From an uncultured Bacillaceae bacterium (lineage in GTDB: Bacteria; Bacillota; Bacilli; Caldalkalibacillales; Caldalkalibacillaceae): a stretch of DNA of 64,000 nt. Position numbers and translations under genes: made by a program. Below the pieces are notes generated by a model. The model saw only the letters and a list, made by a program, of their open reading frames with translations, was not told the DNA's origin and ran no database searches. Of this stretch, positions 53,094 to 62,408 are shown piece by piece. Each line of letters opens with the position of its first letter. Within the stretch, counting starts at the first letter, position 1. Where the stretch lies: positions 835 through 64,834 of the forward strand of contig CALFAC010000136.1 in NCBI GenBank assembly GCA_937927935.1, given 5' to 3'.

Positions 53094-55266
53094 TCAGCAA
53101 ACGGGATGGCTTAAACAATGGGGTTACCATCATGTGGATCGATTTAAGATCGTGGCTGCTTTAATGGTGGTGGCGATCCACACTGGCCCCCTTTCAACCT
53201 ACAGCAAAGAGGCTGATTTTCTTCTGACGCACATCGTCTTCCGCTTGGCTGTCCCCTTTTTCTTCATGGCCAGCGGCTTTTTTTTGTTCAAAAAGCTGGA
53301 TCGACCCGGTGACTCTAAAACGATCCGTCGCTATGTGACCAGGCTGGGAGCGATCTATGCTTTCTCCATGGCGCTTTATTTGCCCCTTAACCTGTATGCA
53401 GGCCATCTTCAACAGGTAAATAGTTTGTTCGATCTGTTTAAAATGATCATCTTTGACGGCACTTTTTATCACTTGTGGTATCTGCCTGCCACCATGCTTG
53501 GGGTGTATCTGGTCTATCTGTTATGGCACATCTTGTCCATCCCCTCCCTTTTGGCGGTAACGGGAGGGCTTTACGTCATTGGCCTGTTGGGTGACAGCTA
53601 TTTTGGTTTGGTGGAGCAAAATGAGGCGTTAAGCGCTGTCTATGCCTTTTTATTTCAATGGTTTGATTACACCCGAAACGGCCTTTTCTTTGCTCCCTTA
53701 TTTTTGGCCCTCGGACTTCAAGTGGCCAAAGCCAGGAGAAGGGGCCGGTCCATCTGGTTTAATCTCAGCGGTTTTGCGATTGCACTGGGTTTGATGGTGC
53801 TGGAAGGGGTGTGGCTCAACCACTGGCAACTGCCGCGCCATGATAGCATGTACATCTTTCTCGTTCCCGCGGTTTATTTCTTGTATCAATGTTTGTTGGC
53901 AGGCGAACAAGGCAAAAGCGGCGTCTATCTGCGTAAGATCAGTCTCTGGATTTATCTTTTACACCCTCTGGCCATTGTCCTGATCCGGGGCGCTGCCAAA
54001 GGGCTGAATTTACAGTACTGGTTGGTGGAAAACAGCTTGATTCATTATGGGCTGGTCACCGGTCTTTCCTTCCTGTTAAGCTGGCTGGTGGTCCGACTCG
54101 TGTACGCCCCAGCCCAAAAACAGCGTCCCCAGGGAAATCATCTGGATACCGCTTCTTTAGGACGGGCCTGGAAGGAGATCGATCTTAATCATTTGGAGCA
54201 CAATGTACGCGCCATTATGGGTGTAGTGTCTACAGGGTGTCAGATGATGGCGGTGGTCAAAGGGGATGCCTATGGGCACGGCAGTGGACCGGTGGCCCGT
54301 AAACTGGAACAATTGGGTGTGCACTATTTTGCCGTGGCGGAGATTGAGGAAGGGATCTTGTTAAGAAAACAGGGAGTAAAGGGGCACATCCTGGTTTTAG
54401 GGTACACTCCACCCGCACGCTTTGATGACTTGGTGAAATACCGCCTGCAGCAAACCGTTGTCGATGCCCAATATGCCCACCTGTTAAATCGATGCCAAAA
54501 ACCGATTCAGGTTCAGATTAAAATCGATACGGGGATGAATCGGCTGGGGGAACGCTTTGATCAGTGGGAACGCATTCGCTCCATGTACCGCCAGCGCCAT
54601 TTGCAGGTGGTGGGTACCTATACCCATCTCTCTGCTTCCGACTGTTTGGACGCCCATGCTGTCGCCTATACCCAATTGCAGCTCGATCGTTTTCAACAGG
54701 TGATCAGCAAGCTAAAAAGAGAGGGCCTCAATCCCGGCTTGGTACATGTGCAAAGCAGTTACGGCATTCTAAACTACTCCACTTTACACTTTGACATGGT
54801 GCGACCAGGGATTGCGCTGTATGGTGTCCGTTCCCACTTCAATCCGGTGCGGCTAAATCTTCAGCTACGTCCCGTTTTATCCCTAAAAGCCCGGGTGATG
54901 GCGGTGAAGGAGGTGGCCCAAGGTGAAGCCATCGGTTACGGGACGGATGAAAAGGCGGGGGAGCGTCGCAAGATTGCCGTGGTGGGGATAGGCTATGCGG
55001 ACGGCATCCCCAGGGAGTATGCCCACAGCGGAGAGGTGCTGGTGAGAGGGATGAGGGCAAGCATCATTGGCAAAATTTGCATGGACCAGCTCCTCATCGA
55101 TGTGACGCATATTAGTGGTATACAGCCCCAGGATATCGTCACCCTCATCGGGCGGGATGGTGAGCAGGAGATTACCGCCGAACAGATGGCGGCACGCTGC
55201 GGCACCCTAACCAATGAAATTTTATCCCGCCTTGGCCAGCGGGTGGCCTGTGTGATTCGCTCATAA
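53083..55266 (+). CDS. vanT: VanT-type membrane-bound serine/alanine racemase (acyltransferase_3-like TM domain fused to a PLP racemase)
   Basis: The first ~340 aa carry about 10-11 TM helices (DRFKIVAALMVVAIHTGP...). The C-terminal ~380 aa is an alanine-racemase fold with the PLP-Lys motif AVVKGDAYGHG. ATG 53083 overlaps the ligase stop by 11 nt. Confidence 0.85.
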   Translation: MQPDQQTGWLKQWGYHHVDRFKIVAALMVVAIHTGPLSTYSKEADFLLTHIVFRLAVPFFFMASGFFLFKKLDRPGDSKTIRRYVTRLGAIYAFSMALYLPLNLYAGHLQQVNSLFDLFKMIIFDGTFYHLWYLPATMLGVYLVYLLWHILSIPSLLAVTGGLYVIGLLGDSYFGLVEQNEALSAVYAFLFQWFDYTRNGLFFAPLFLALGLQVAKARRRGRSIWFNLSGFAIALGLMVLEGVWLNHWQLPRHDSMYIFLVPAVYFLYQCLLAGEQGKSGVYLRKISLWIYLLHPLAIVLIRGAAKGLNLQYWLVENSLIHYGLVTGLSFLLSWLVVRLVYAPAQKQRPQGNHLDTASLGRAWKEIDLNHLEHNVRAIMGVVSTGCQMMAVVKGDAYGHGSGPVARKLEQLGVHYFAVAEIEEGILLRKQGVKGHILVLGYTPPARFDDLVKYRLQQTVVDAQYAHLLNRCQKPIQVQIKIDTGMNRLGERFDQWERIRSMYRQRHLQVVGTYTHLSASDCLDAHAVAYTQLQLDRFQQVISKLKREGLNPGLVHVQSSYGILNYSTLHFDMVRPGIALYGVRSHFNPVRLNLQLRPVLSLKARVMAVKEVAQGEAIGYGTDEKAGERRKIAVVGIGYADGIPREYAHSGEVLVRGMRASIIGKICMDQLLIDVTHISGIQPQDIVTLIGRDGEQEITAEQMAARCGTLTNEILSRLGQRVACVIRS

Positions 55267-55327
55267 GGCTGCGCTGTGAAGGTCAGGTTAAAATAGATGA
55301 GAAAAAAACGATAGCACCTTTTCATAT

Positions 55328-55352
55328 GAGGGAGCAACTCCCTCTTTTTTTT
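55328..55352 (+). terminator. intrinsic terminator after vanT
   Basis: GAGGGAG-CAA-CTCCCTC hairpin followed by T8. Confidence 0.8.
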
Positions 55353-55393
55353 GTTAGGATAAGCTTAAATCTTTAAAAGTGAGGTGAAGTAAA

Positions 55394-56308
55394 ATGGACA
55401 AGGAGAAACTGCTCGCCTTTTTACACGTGGCGGAGCAGCACAGTTTTGCCAAGGGGAGTGAGCAGCTTTTTCTCAATCAGTCTACGGTTAGTGCCCGTAT
55501 TAAAGCATTGGAAAGGGAGCTGGAGGTGGAGCTGTTTGAGCGGGAGAAAGGCAAAGGGGTGCGCCTTTCGGTTTATGGGGAGCTCTTTTTGCCTTATGCC
55601 CGCAAAATTATCACCTTGATGGAGGAATCTAAACAACAGCTAAAAAAAGAGCGCCAGTTTAACATCCGCATCGGTGCTTCCATCTATGGTTATCATCTGC
55701 TGCCCACCGTGCTCGACCTCTTGCACCGTCATACACCGGGCTTGGAAGTGACCATTGTGAGCGGTTATTCCCCGGAGATTCTGAGCATGGTGCAAGAGGG
55801 GGATGTGGATATCGGTTTGGTGAATGATATTATTCGCTTTGAAAATGTGGAACATGTGAGACTGCTGGAAGAGGAGCTCTTTCTCATCATCAGCCCCGAC
55901 GATCAGGAGCGGTATACCACCCCCCAGCCGGTCTATCCTCTCTTGGACAAGCCTTTGCTCGTCTTTGGTCGGTCGGATACCTATCACTACAAAAGCGTTG
56001 AACATCCCATTCTTTATGATTACCAGCGTCAGCATCAGATTCAATTTAAGAAGATTATTTATATTGATCAGATTGAGCCCTTAAAAAAACTGATTAAACA
56101 GGGCAACGGCATCGCTTTTTTACCCCAATTTTTGATTGAACAGGAGGTGAATGAAGGCGATCTGGTGGCCGCCCGAATCCATCCTCCCTTACGCCCCATG
56201 GGGATTCATATGATCTATAGAAAGGAAACCAATGAGTCCAAATTAAAAGTGGTCCAGCTGATCAAAAATCACTTTGTCCAAAGCGACAATTCCCCCCAAA
56301 GTGATTAA
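55394..56308 (+). CDS. LysR-family transcriptional regulator
   Basis: N-terminal wHTH (FLHVAEQHSFAKGSEQLFLNQSTVSARIKALEREL) and a C-terminal LysR substrate-binding domain. Confidence 0.9.
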   Translation: MDKEKLLAFLHVAEQHSFAKGSEQLFLNQSTVSARIKALERELEVELFEREKGKGVRLSVYGELFLPYARKIITLMEESKQQLKKERQFNIRIGASIYGYHLLPTVLDLLHRHTPGLEVTIVSGYSPEILSMVQEGDVDIGLVNDIIRFENVEHVRLLEEELFLIISPDDQERYTTPQPVYPLLDKPLLVFGRSDTYHYKSVEHPILYDYQRQHQIQFKKIIYIDQIEPLKKLIKQGNGIAFLPQFLIEQEVNEGDLVAARIHPPLRPMGIHMIYRKETNESKLKVVQLIKNHFVQSDNSPQSD

Positions 56309-56476
56309 AATTTTTGATCACCTCTCCAAAATATCCCGTTTGATTCTGTCCAGTGGCTGGAATAATATTTTTATTAAACATAAATAAATTTAAAAAATTA
56401 TTAAAAAGGGGGTTGCCGCTTTAAAAGGTTAACAGCCGTTTCGTTCACTTCTAAACAAATTGAGGGGGAATTAAAC

Positions 56477-57598
56477 ATGAGACCGATCGGAGGCAAGTTA
56501 AGTATTGTCGTTTTGCTCATCACGCTCATGCTGGTGGTTGTGGCCTGCAGTTCTGCTGAAACGGAAGCGCCGGAGCCAGCACCAACTGAAAACGAGCCCA
56601 CAGAGGCTAACGGCACTGGCGGTAATGATGAGACTGGTGGAGAAGAGGAGAGTCCCTTTCCACCTGGTTTACAACCCATTATAGAAGCGGCCAAGAATGA
56701 GGAGAAGGTGGTTCATTTTGGGTTGAGTGCAGACCCTGCACAAACCAAGGAGTTGGAAGAAGCGCTGCAGCAGTTTTATGGTTTTGAGATTAAAGTGGAG
56801 CTGTTAAGCGGTTTCCATCCTCAAAAAACGTCGGAAATTATCAGCGCCGCCAAATCAGGCGTCCCCAGTGGGGTGGATTCATTTTTTAGCTCCGTCACCA
56901 CCATTCCCGCTCTTCAAAGAGAGGGATTGGTGCGCAAGATAAACTGGCCAGAGCTGGGTATCCCTGAAGCGTATGTGAGCTTAAACGGAGATGGAGTACG
57001 CAATTTTGATAATTTTGCGGCGGCTGTGTTTTACAATACCGATGCCGTAGCAGCTGATGAAGCGCCTCAGTCCTACGATGATCTTTTGCAAGAAAAGTGG
57101 AAAAACAAGATTACCACGGTGCGTACCGCCAACACCTTTGTCTATATGTTGGAAGAGATGGGCGAAGAGTACATGGATCAGTTTGTAGAACAGATTGCCG
57201 ATCAAGTGGTGTTTAGTGCCACCTTCCCCGATGTGCTCTCTCGCGTCGCATCTGGAGAGTTCCCTCTGGGCTTGGGCAGCGCGCCTGTTCAGGCAGTGAT
57301 GCAAGGGGCCCCCATTGCCTTGGCACCCATTGAACCGCTCTTAATCTTGCCCTGGTCCCATGTGGTCTTGGAAGATGCGGCCAGCCCCAATTTGGCCATT
57401 TTGTTAACCTATTTCTTCCACAGTGAGGAAGGGCAACAGTTTTTAGCCAAACATTGGGGCTATAACCGGATTGACACGCCCAATACGCCCATTGCCCAGT
57501 TGGCTTCCGGCCTAGAGTCGGTCATCGTAAAGGAAGAATTTGTGGAACAGTCGGGTGACAAGTTGCAGCAATATAGGCAGATGTTAGGAATTGAATAG
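56477..57598 (+). CDS. ABC transporter substrate-binding lipoprotein (Fe3+/polyamine/thiamine-type SBP family)
   Basis: Signal peptide with lipobox LVVVAC, an acidic low-complexity linker, then a type-2 periplasmic binding fold. First gene of an SBP-ATPase-permease operon. Confidence 0.85.
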   Translation: MRPIGGKLSIVVLLITLMLVVVACSSAETEAPEPAPTENEPTEANGTGGNDETGGEEESPFPPGLQPIIEAAKNEEKVVHFGLSADPAQTKELEEALQQFYGFEIKVELLSGFHPQKTSEIISAAKSGVPSGVDSFFSSVTTIPALQREGLVRKINWPELGIPEAYVSLNGDGVRNFDNFAAAVFYNTDAVAADEAPQSYDDLLQEKWKNKITTVRTANTFVYMLEEMGEEYMDQFVEQIADQVVFSATFPDVLSRVASGEFPLGLGSAPVQAVMQGAPIALAPIEPLLILPWSHVVLEDAASPNLAILLTYFFHSEEGQQFLAKHWGYNRIDTPNTPIAQLASGLESVIVKEEFVEQSGDKLQQYRQMLGIE

Positions 57599-57610
57599 GG
57601 TAAAGAACGG

Positions 57611-57637
57611 GCGGGGAGGGGCTGCTCCCTGCCCCAA
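57611..57637 (+). other. GC-rich stem-loop between SBP and ATPase genes
   Basis: GCGGGGAGGG-GCTGCT-CCCTGCCCC imperfect hairpin with no T-run. This is a typical intra-operon mRNA-stability element downstream of SBP genes. Confidence 0.35.
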
Positions 57638-57665
57638 GACCTCAAGACAGAAAGAGGATGCCAAG

Positions 57666-58802
57666 ATGCTGGAGATTACCCAATTGCGAAAAACATATCG
57701 GGATAAACGGGAACAGGTCTATGCTTTGGATGGCATCGACCTTGCGGTGAAAAAAGGTGAATTTTTGGTTTTGCTGGGCCCTAGTGGCTGTGGCAAAACC
57801 ACCACTTTGCGCAGCATCGCCGGATTGGAGCGGCCGGATGAGGGAGAGATCACCATCGATGGGCAGCCTGTCTACGCGGAGGCACAACATATTTTTGTGC
57901 CTCCTGAAAAACGGCCCATCTCCATGGTGTTTCAATCCTATGCCATCTGGCCCCATCTCAGCGTGTATGATAATGTCGCCCTGCCCCTTAAAGTGGGGCA
58001 CCGTCGCTTAGAGCAAGAGGAGCGGGAGAAAAGGATTAAAGAGGTGTTGGCCTTACTGGGTCTGGAGAGCTTGGCAGACCGAAAGGTGACAGCGTTAAGC
58101 GGAGGACAGCAACAGCGGGTCTCCCTGGCCAGGGCGATTGCGCAACGCCCTAAAGTGCTGCTGATGGATGAACCTTTAAGCAATTTAGATTATAAATTAA
58201 GGGTTCGCTTGCGGTCAGAACTGAAAGCGTTGATGCATCAACTGGAGTTGACCACCGTTTACGTGACCCATGACCAGGAAGAGGCGCTGGCCATGGGGGA
58301 CCGCATTGCGGTGATGAATCAGGGTAAACTGATTCAACTGGGAACGCCCCGGGATATCTATCAGCAGCCACTGACTGAATTTGTGGCCCGTTTTATCGGT
58401 GAAATGAATTTTATCTCCGGTACGGTTCGTCAAATTGATCAGGATGAAGTGCATCTGGAAACCGCCTTAGGGAACTTGGTGGGCAAAGTGCCTAAAGGTG
58501 GGCAACGACCGGTGGTTGGCCAGAAGCGAACATTAGGCATTCGTCCCACCGATATCGATATGATTCCGGAACAAACTGCTGAAGCCCGCGGCGATCAAGT
58601 GGCAGGCACTATTGTATCGGCCCAATACCTGGGGGAGAGCATCGATTATACGGTTCAAGCGGGCCCCATCACTTTACAAGTGAAAACCCATCATCGCTTG
58701 GTTTTCCAACCCAATGATTGCGTGACGCTTCAGTTTGATCCCAAGTACGCCATTGTGATTGAGCCTGATGACGAGACAGGCTGGGGGAAGCGCCATGAAT
58801 AG
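57666..58802 (+). CDS. ABC transporter ATP-binding protein (PotA/FbpC/MalK-like, with C-terminal TOBE-type domain)
   Basis: Walker A GPSGCGKTT, signature LSGGQQQR, Walker B LLMDEPLS, H-loop TTVYVTHD. ATG 57666 follows AAAGAGGA. Confidence 0.9.
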   Translation: MLEITQLRKTYRDKREQVYALDGIDLAVKKGEFLVLLGPSGCGKTTTLRSIAGLERPDEGEITIDGQPVYAEAQHIFVPPEKRPISMVFQSYAIWPHLSVYDNVALPLKVGHRRLEQEEREKRIKEVLALLGLESLADRKVTALSGGQQQRVSLARAIAQRPKVLLMDEPLSNLDYKLRVRLRSELKALMHQLELTTVYVTHDQEEALAMGDRIAVMNQGKLIQLGTPRDIYQQPLTEFVARFIGEMNFISGTVRQIDQDEVHLETALGNLVGKVPKGGQRPVVGQKRTLGIRPTDIDMIPEQTAEARGDQVAGTIVSAQYLGESIDYTVQAGPITLQVKTHHRLVFQPNDCVTLQFDPKYAIVIEPDDETGWGKRHE

Positions 58803-60474
58803 GCAGCGCAGTGATGTTTGGATTATCTATAGTATCGTGGTATTGGCCGTCAGCCTGGTGATGATTTCCATTGCCGGCATTTTGATTGCCAGTGTGAGTC
58901 CACCGGAGGAAACGGAGCAGCTATTCTCGTTGGCTCACTATGGGGAAGTTTTTGGAAATCCCGATCTTTACAAAGTGATTGGACGCACCCTCCTGCTTGG
59001 CTTGGGCTCCATCGCCTTTATGCTCGCTTTTAGCCTGCCCATCAGTTGGATTCTGGCCCGTACCGACTATAAACGGAAAAACCTGCTCTTTTCCTTGCTC
59101 ATCGCCAATATTGCCATCCCCGGTTTTATCAAAGCCATGTCCTACGTTTTTCTGTTTAATCCCACAGCAGGGATTGTTAATAAACTGGTTACCCCTTTGG
59201 TGGGGGAGGCCCTGTTTAATGTATACTCCTTACCCTGGATCTGTTATTTGCAAGGGTTGTTAATGACACCCATCGCAGTCTTTATGATTTATCCCGCCTT
59301 AAGAAATATGGACGGATCGTTGGAAGAGGCCTGTTGGACCAGCGGATTGTCCCGCTGGCAGGCGGTAAGATATGTTGTTTTTCCCTTGGTGGCTCCGGCC
59401 ATTGCAGCCGCTTCCCTGTTTTTCTTTATCCTGGCCATTGAAATCTTTGACGTGGTGGCCTTGGTGGGGTTGCCAGGTAAAATTGTGGTTTTAAGCGGCA
59501 TGATTTACGATGCTACTCATCCCACTTATGGACTGCCTAACTACGGTAAAGCAGGGGTATTAGGGGTGATCCTGTTTTTAATCGCTGGTGTGGCCATCGC
59601 CTTTTATCTCAAACTTTTGGTTCAGGCCCAGCGCTACCAGGTGGTGGGGGCTAAGATAAGACATGTTCAGCAGGAATTGAGTGGCAAAGGTAAACTCTTG
59701 GCCGACTGTTTCATCGGGGTGTGGATCTTTCTCTCCTTTGTGATTCCACTCTTTACCCTGTTCTGGACCTCATTGGTTCCTTATTTGCAGCCCCCTTCCC
59801 TAAAAGCATTGGATACTTTATCTTTCAAAAGTTACTCCGTGGCCCTGGCCTATATGATTGAGCCGATGAAAAACACCTTGTTCGTCATGGTCACATCGGT
59901 CATTTTAGCGGTGGTGTTAAGCGTTTGCGTCTCTTGGTTGGTCACCCGAACTAAAAGCCGGCTGGCTCCTGTGGTGGAGTTTATCGTCTTTTTGTCTATT
60001 GCAGTCCCCAGTATGGTCAGTGCGGTGGCATTTCAGTTTATCGCCTTAAAACTGTACTCTATTATCCCTTTATACGGCAGCATTGTGTTGGTGGTCTTGG
60101 TTTTAGCTTCGCGCATGTTAACCTTTACCACCCGCACCATTAACGGCACCGCTTTACAGCTTAATCAAGAACTGGATGAGGCGGCCTATACCTCAGGGCT
60201 ATCCCGGTTTACTGCGTTTCGCAAAGTGTTTTTACCTTTAGTTACGCCGGCGGTGGTCTATTCCGCCTTTGTGGTGGCTGTATTGGCCGCACGCGATTTA
60301 ACCGTTCCCCTAATGGTGAATACAGGAAACAAAGAGCTGGTTTCCACCCTGATCTATCACTTGCAAGCCAATGGCTCCTACGATGTGGCCAGTGCCGTTG
60401 GCTTCTACCTGATGGTTTTCCTGCTGGTGCTGGTGCTTCTGGCCCGGCGCTTAACAGGATTAAAACAGTTATAA
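58795..60474 (+). CDS. ABC transporter permease, fused double (about 12 TM) FbpB/ThiP-type
   Basis: Two tandem BPD_transp_1 halves, each with an EAA-like loop (LEEACWTSGLSRWQAVRYVVFPL and LDEAAYTSGLSRFTAFRKVFLPL). ATG overlaps the ATPase stop by 8 nt. Confidence 0.85.
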   Translation: MNRQRSDVWIIYSIVVLAVSLVMISIAGILIASVSPPEETEQLFSLAHYGEVFGNPDLYKVIGRTLLLGLGSIAFMLAFSLPISWILARTDYKRKNLLFSLLIANIAIPGFIKAMSYVFLFNPTAGIVNKLVTPLVGEALFNVYSLPWICYLQGLLMTPIAVFMIYPALRNMDGSLEEACWTSGLSRWQAVRYVVFPLVAPAIAAASLFFFILAIEIFDVVALVGLPGKIVVLSGMIYDATHPTYGLPNYGKAGVLGVILFLIAGVAIAFYLKLLVQAQRYQVVGAKIRHVQQELSGKGKLLADCFIGVWIFLSFVIPLFTLFWTSLVPYLQPPSLKALDTLSFKSYSVALAYMIEPMKNTLFVMVTSVILAVVLSVCVSWLVTRTKSRLAPVVEFIVFLSIAVPSMVSAVAFQFIALKLYSIIPLYGSIVLVVLVLASRMLTFTTRTINGTALQLNQELDEAAYTSGLSRFTAFRKVFLPLVTPAVVYSAFVVAVLAARDLTVPLMVNTGNKELVSTLIYHLQANGSYDVASAVGFYLMVFLLVLVLLARRLTGLKQL

Positions 60475-60536
60475 TCAGCCCCTTAAGTGATCCCGAACCG
60501 GGTAACCATGAGGAGGATTATGCTTTTTTAAACTTT

Positions 60537-60575
60537 TGAAAGCGTGACAATTAACGATGTGAAAGCGTGACAATT
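60537..60575 (+). repeat. perfect 16-bp tandem direct repeat (TGAAAGCGTGACAATT x2, 23-bp period)
   Basis: Copies at 60537-60552 and 60560-60575 are separated by AACGATG. The second copy ends 24 nt before the ThDP enzyme start codon. Confidence 0.9.
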
Positions 60576-60598
60576 TACTTGGAATATGGAGTGATAGT

Positions 60599-62311
60599 AT
60601 GAGAATGACCGGAGGAGAACTTTTGGTTCGCATGTTGGAGTCGGAAGGCGTGGAAGTGGTGTACGGGGTGGTTGGCGGAAAAATCGGTCCCATCCTCAAT
60701 GCCATTCATCAGTCGGAGCAGATCGAGTATATTGGCACCCGGCATGAAGCTCATGCCTCTCATATGGCCTGTGCCACCTTTGATGCCACGGGAAAGATGG
60801 GGGTGTGCATCGGTGAGATTGGAGCGGGGGCCAGCAATCTGGTGCCAGGGGTGGCCAGCGCCTTTGGCAACAATATTCCCCTCTTAGTGATCACCTCCAA
60901 CAATCCCACTTCGTTAACCTATCCGTTTAAAGATATGTACATGGATCTTGACGCAGAAAACCTGTATAAGCCGATCACCAAATGGAATGCGGTGGTGAGG
61001 GACGCCCGGCGTATTCCCGAACTGGTTCGCTGGGCATTTAGGGAAGCGTTGTCAGGAAAACCAGGGCCGGTTCATCTCGACATTCCGACGGACGTCATTT
61101 TTAAACAAGTGGATGTTGATGAACGGGAGTTTGAAATATCGCCTCAGCGATACCGGGTGGTGAGACGTCCGCGAGGGGATGCTACCTTGATCGAAGCGGC
61201 GGCCGACCTCTTGGCTGGGGCTCAGCGACCGGTATTGCTGGCCGGAGGCGGAGTGGTTATGGCTGAAGCGACGGATGAGTTTAGAGCGCTGGCCAAACTG
61301 CTGGATGCTCCGGCGACGGCCACCCAGAAAGGGATCGGCGTGGTGCCCAGCACCGATCCCAATTTTATCGGCACCTCAGGGATTTTGGGGGGAAATGCCA
61401 TCGTCCATGCGTTAACGGAAGCCGATGTGGCTCTGGTGGTGGGCTGCCGTTTAACCTCCTGGATGTGGGATGGCCAGGGTCCCCTGGTCAGAGGCTGGCC
61501 CCAGCAAAAAGTGATTCATGTGGATATCAGCCCCTCGGTGATCGGCAAAAACACCTTGGTGGAAGTGGGGATTGAAGGGGATGCCAAAGCCGTTTTGACC
61601 GATTTATTGGCCGCCGTAGAAGAGCGGATAGAGCCGGTTCAAGGGCGGTCCTGGACCCGTTATTTGGTGGATATTTATCAACGGTATCGTGAGGCGTTGG
61701 AAAAAGAGGCCAGTGACCGCAGTCAAGCGGTGATGCACCCCGCCACTTTGGCCAAGGCGGTGGGCGAATTTATCCCGGAAGATGCCCTGGTGGTTTACGA
61801 CGGCGGCCATACGGCGTTTTGGAGCAACGATTTTACACCTGTTCTAAAGCCGCGCACCCGCTTCTTTGAACAGGGAATGGGGATCTTAGGCTTTGGTGTA
61901 CCCTATGCCCATGCCATAAAAAAGTTATACCCTGACCGGCCTGTCTTTCATATCACCGGTGATGGCTCCTTTGGCTTTGCCCTGCAAGAATTGGATACGG
62001 CTCGCCGCTACAACCTGCCCGTCATCCACATTATTCACAACAATGAAGCGTGGGGCATTATTAAAGCAGGCCAGTTAAAGCGGTACGGCTATACCATCGG
62101 CAGCGATCTGTCGGGAACTCAGTATGCTGAAATTGCCAAAAGTTTCGGCTGTTACGGCGAACGCATCACCGATCCCGATCAGATTAAGCCGGCCCTCAGG
62201 CGAGCGGTGGAATCAGGGTTGCCTGCTGTCCTGGATTGTTTGGTCCGTTTTGAACCGCATTTGTCCAGCGACATCTTCATGGAAATGGGTTTCATAGGCT
62301 TGGAAAGGTAA
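60599..62311 (+). CDS. thiamine-diphosphate-dependent enzyme, acetolactate synthase large-subunit-like (specific function unknown)
   Basis: N-terminal Pyr domain with catalytic Glu (GTRHEAHASHMA), a central domain, and the C-terminal ThDP motif GDGSFGFALQELDTARRYNLPVIHIIHNNEAWG. No ilvN/ilvC/alsD neighbour. Confidence 0.85.
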   Translation: MRMTGGELLVRMLESEGVEVVYGVVGGKIGPILNAIHQSEQIEYIGTRHEAHASHMACATFDATGKMGVCIGEIGAGASNLVPGVASAFGNNIPLLVITSNNPTSLTYPFKDMYMDLDAENLYKPITKWNAVVRDARRIPELVRWAFREALSGKPGPVHLDIPTDVIFKQVDVDEREFEISPQRYRVVRRPRGDATLIEAAADLLAGAQRPVLLAGGGVVMAEATDEFRALAKLLDAPATATQKGIGVVPSTDPNFIGTSGILGGNAIVHALTEADVALVVGCRLTSWMWDGQGPLVRGWPQQKVIHVDISPSVIGKNTLVEVGIEGDAKAVLTDLLAAVEERIEPVQGRSWTRYLVDIYQRYREALEKEASDRSQAVMHPATLAKAVGEFIPEDALVVYDGGHTAFWSNDFTPVLKPRTRFFEQGMGILGFGVPYAHAIKKLYPDRPVFHITGDGSFGFALQELDTARRYNLPVIHIIHNNEAWGIIKAGQLKRYGYTIGSDLSGTQYAEIAKSFGCYGERITDPDQIKPALRRAVESGLPAVLDCLVRFEPHLSSDIFMEMGFIGLER

Positions 62312-62408
62312 TGCCATTTGGCCATCCCTTAAGCTGTACAGAGAACCGTTCTAAAAAAATGGTCAATGTTTGGTTTAACATTGATGCCATCTTGATCACA
62401 TTAATTTG

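Noticed and set aside
60510-60533. Mini-ORF ATGAGGAGGATTATGCTTTTTTAA (MRRIMLF*) upstream of the ThDP gene as a possible leader peptide
   Set aside because: There is no SD for the first ATG, and the internal AGGAGG is only 3 nt from the second ATG. No associated attenuator structure is visible.
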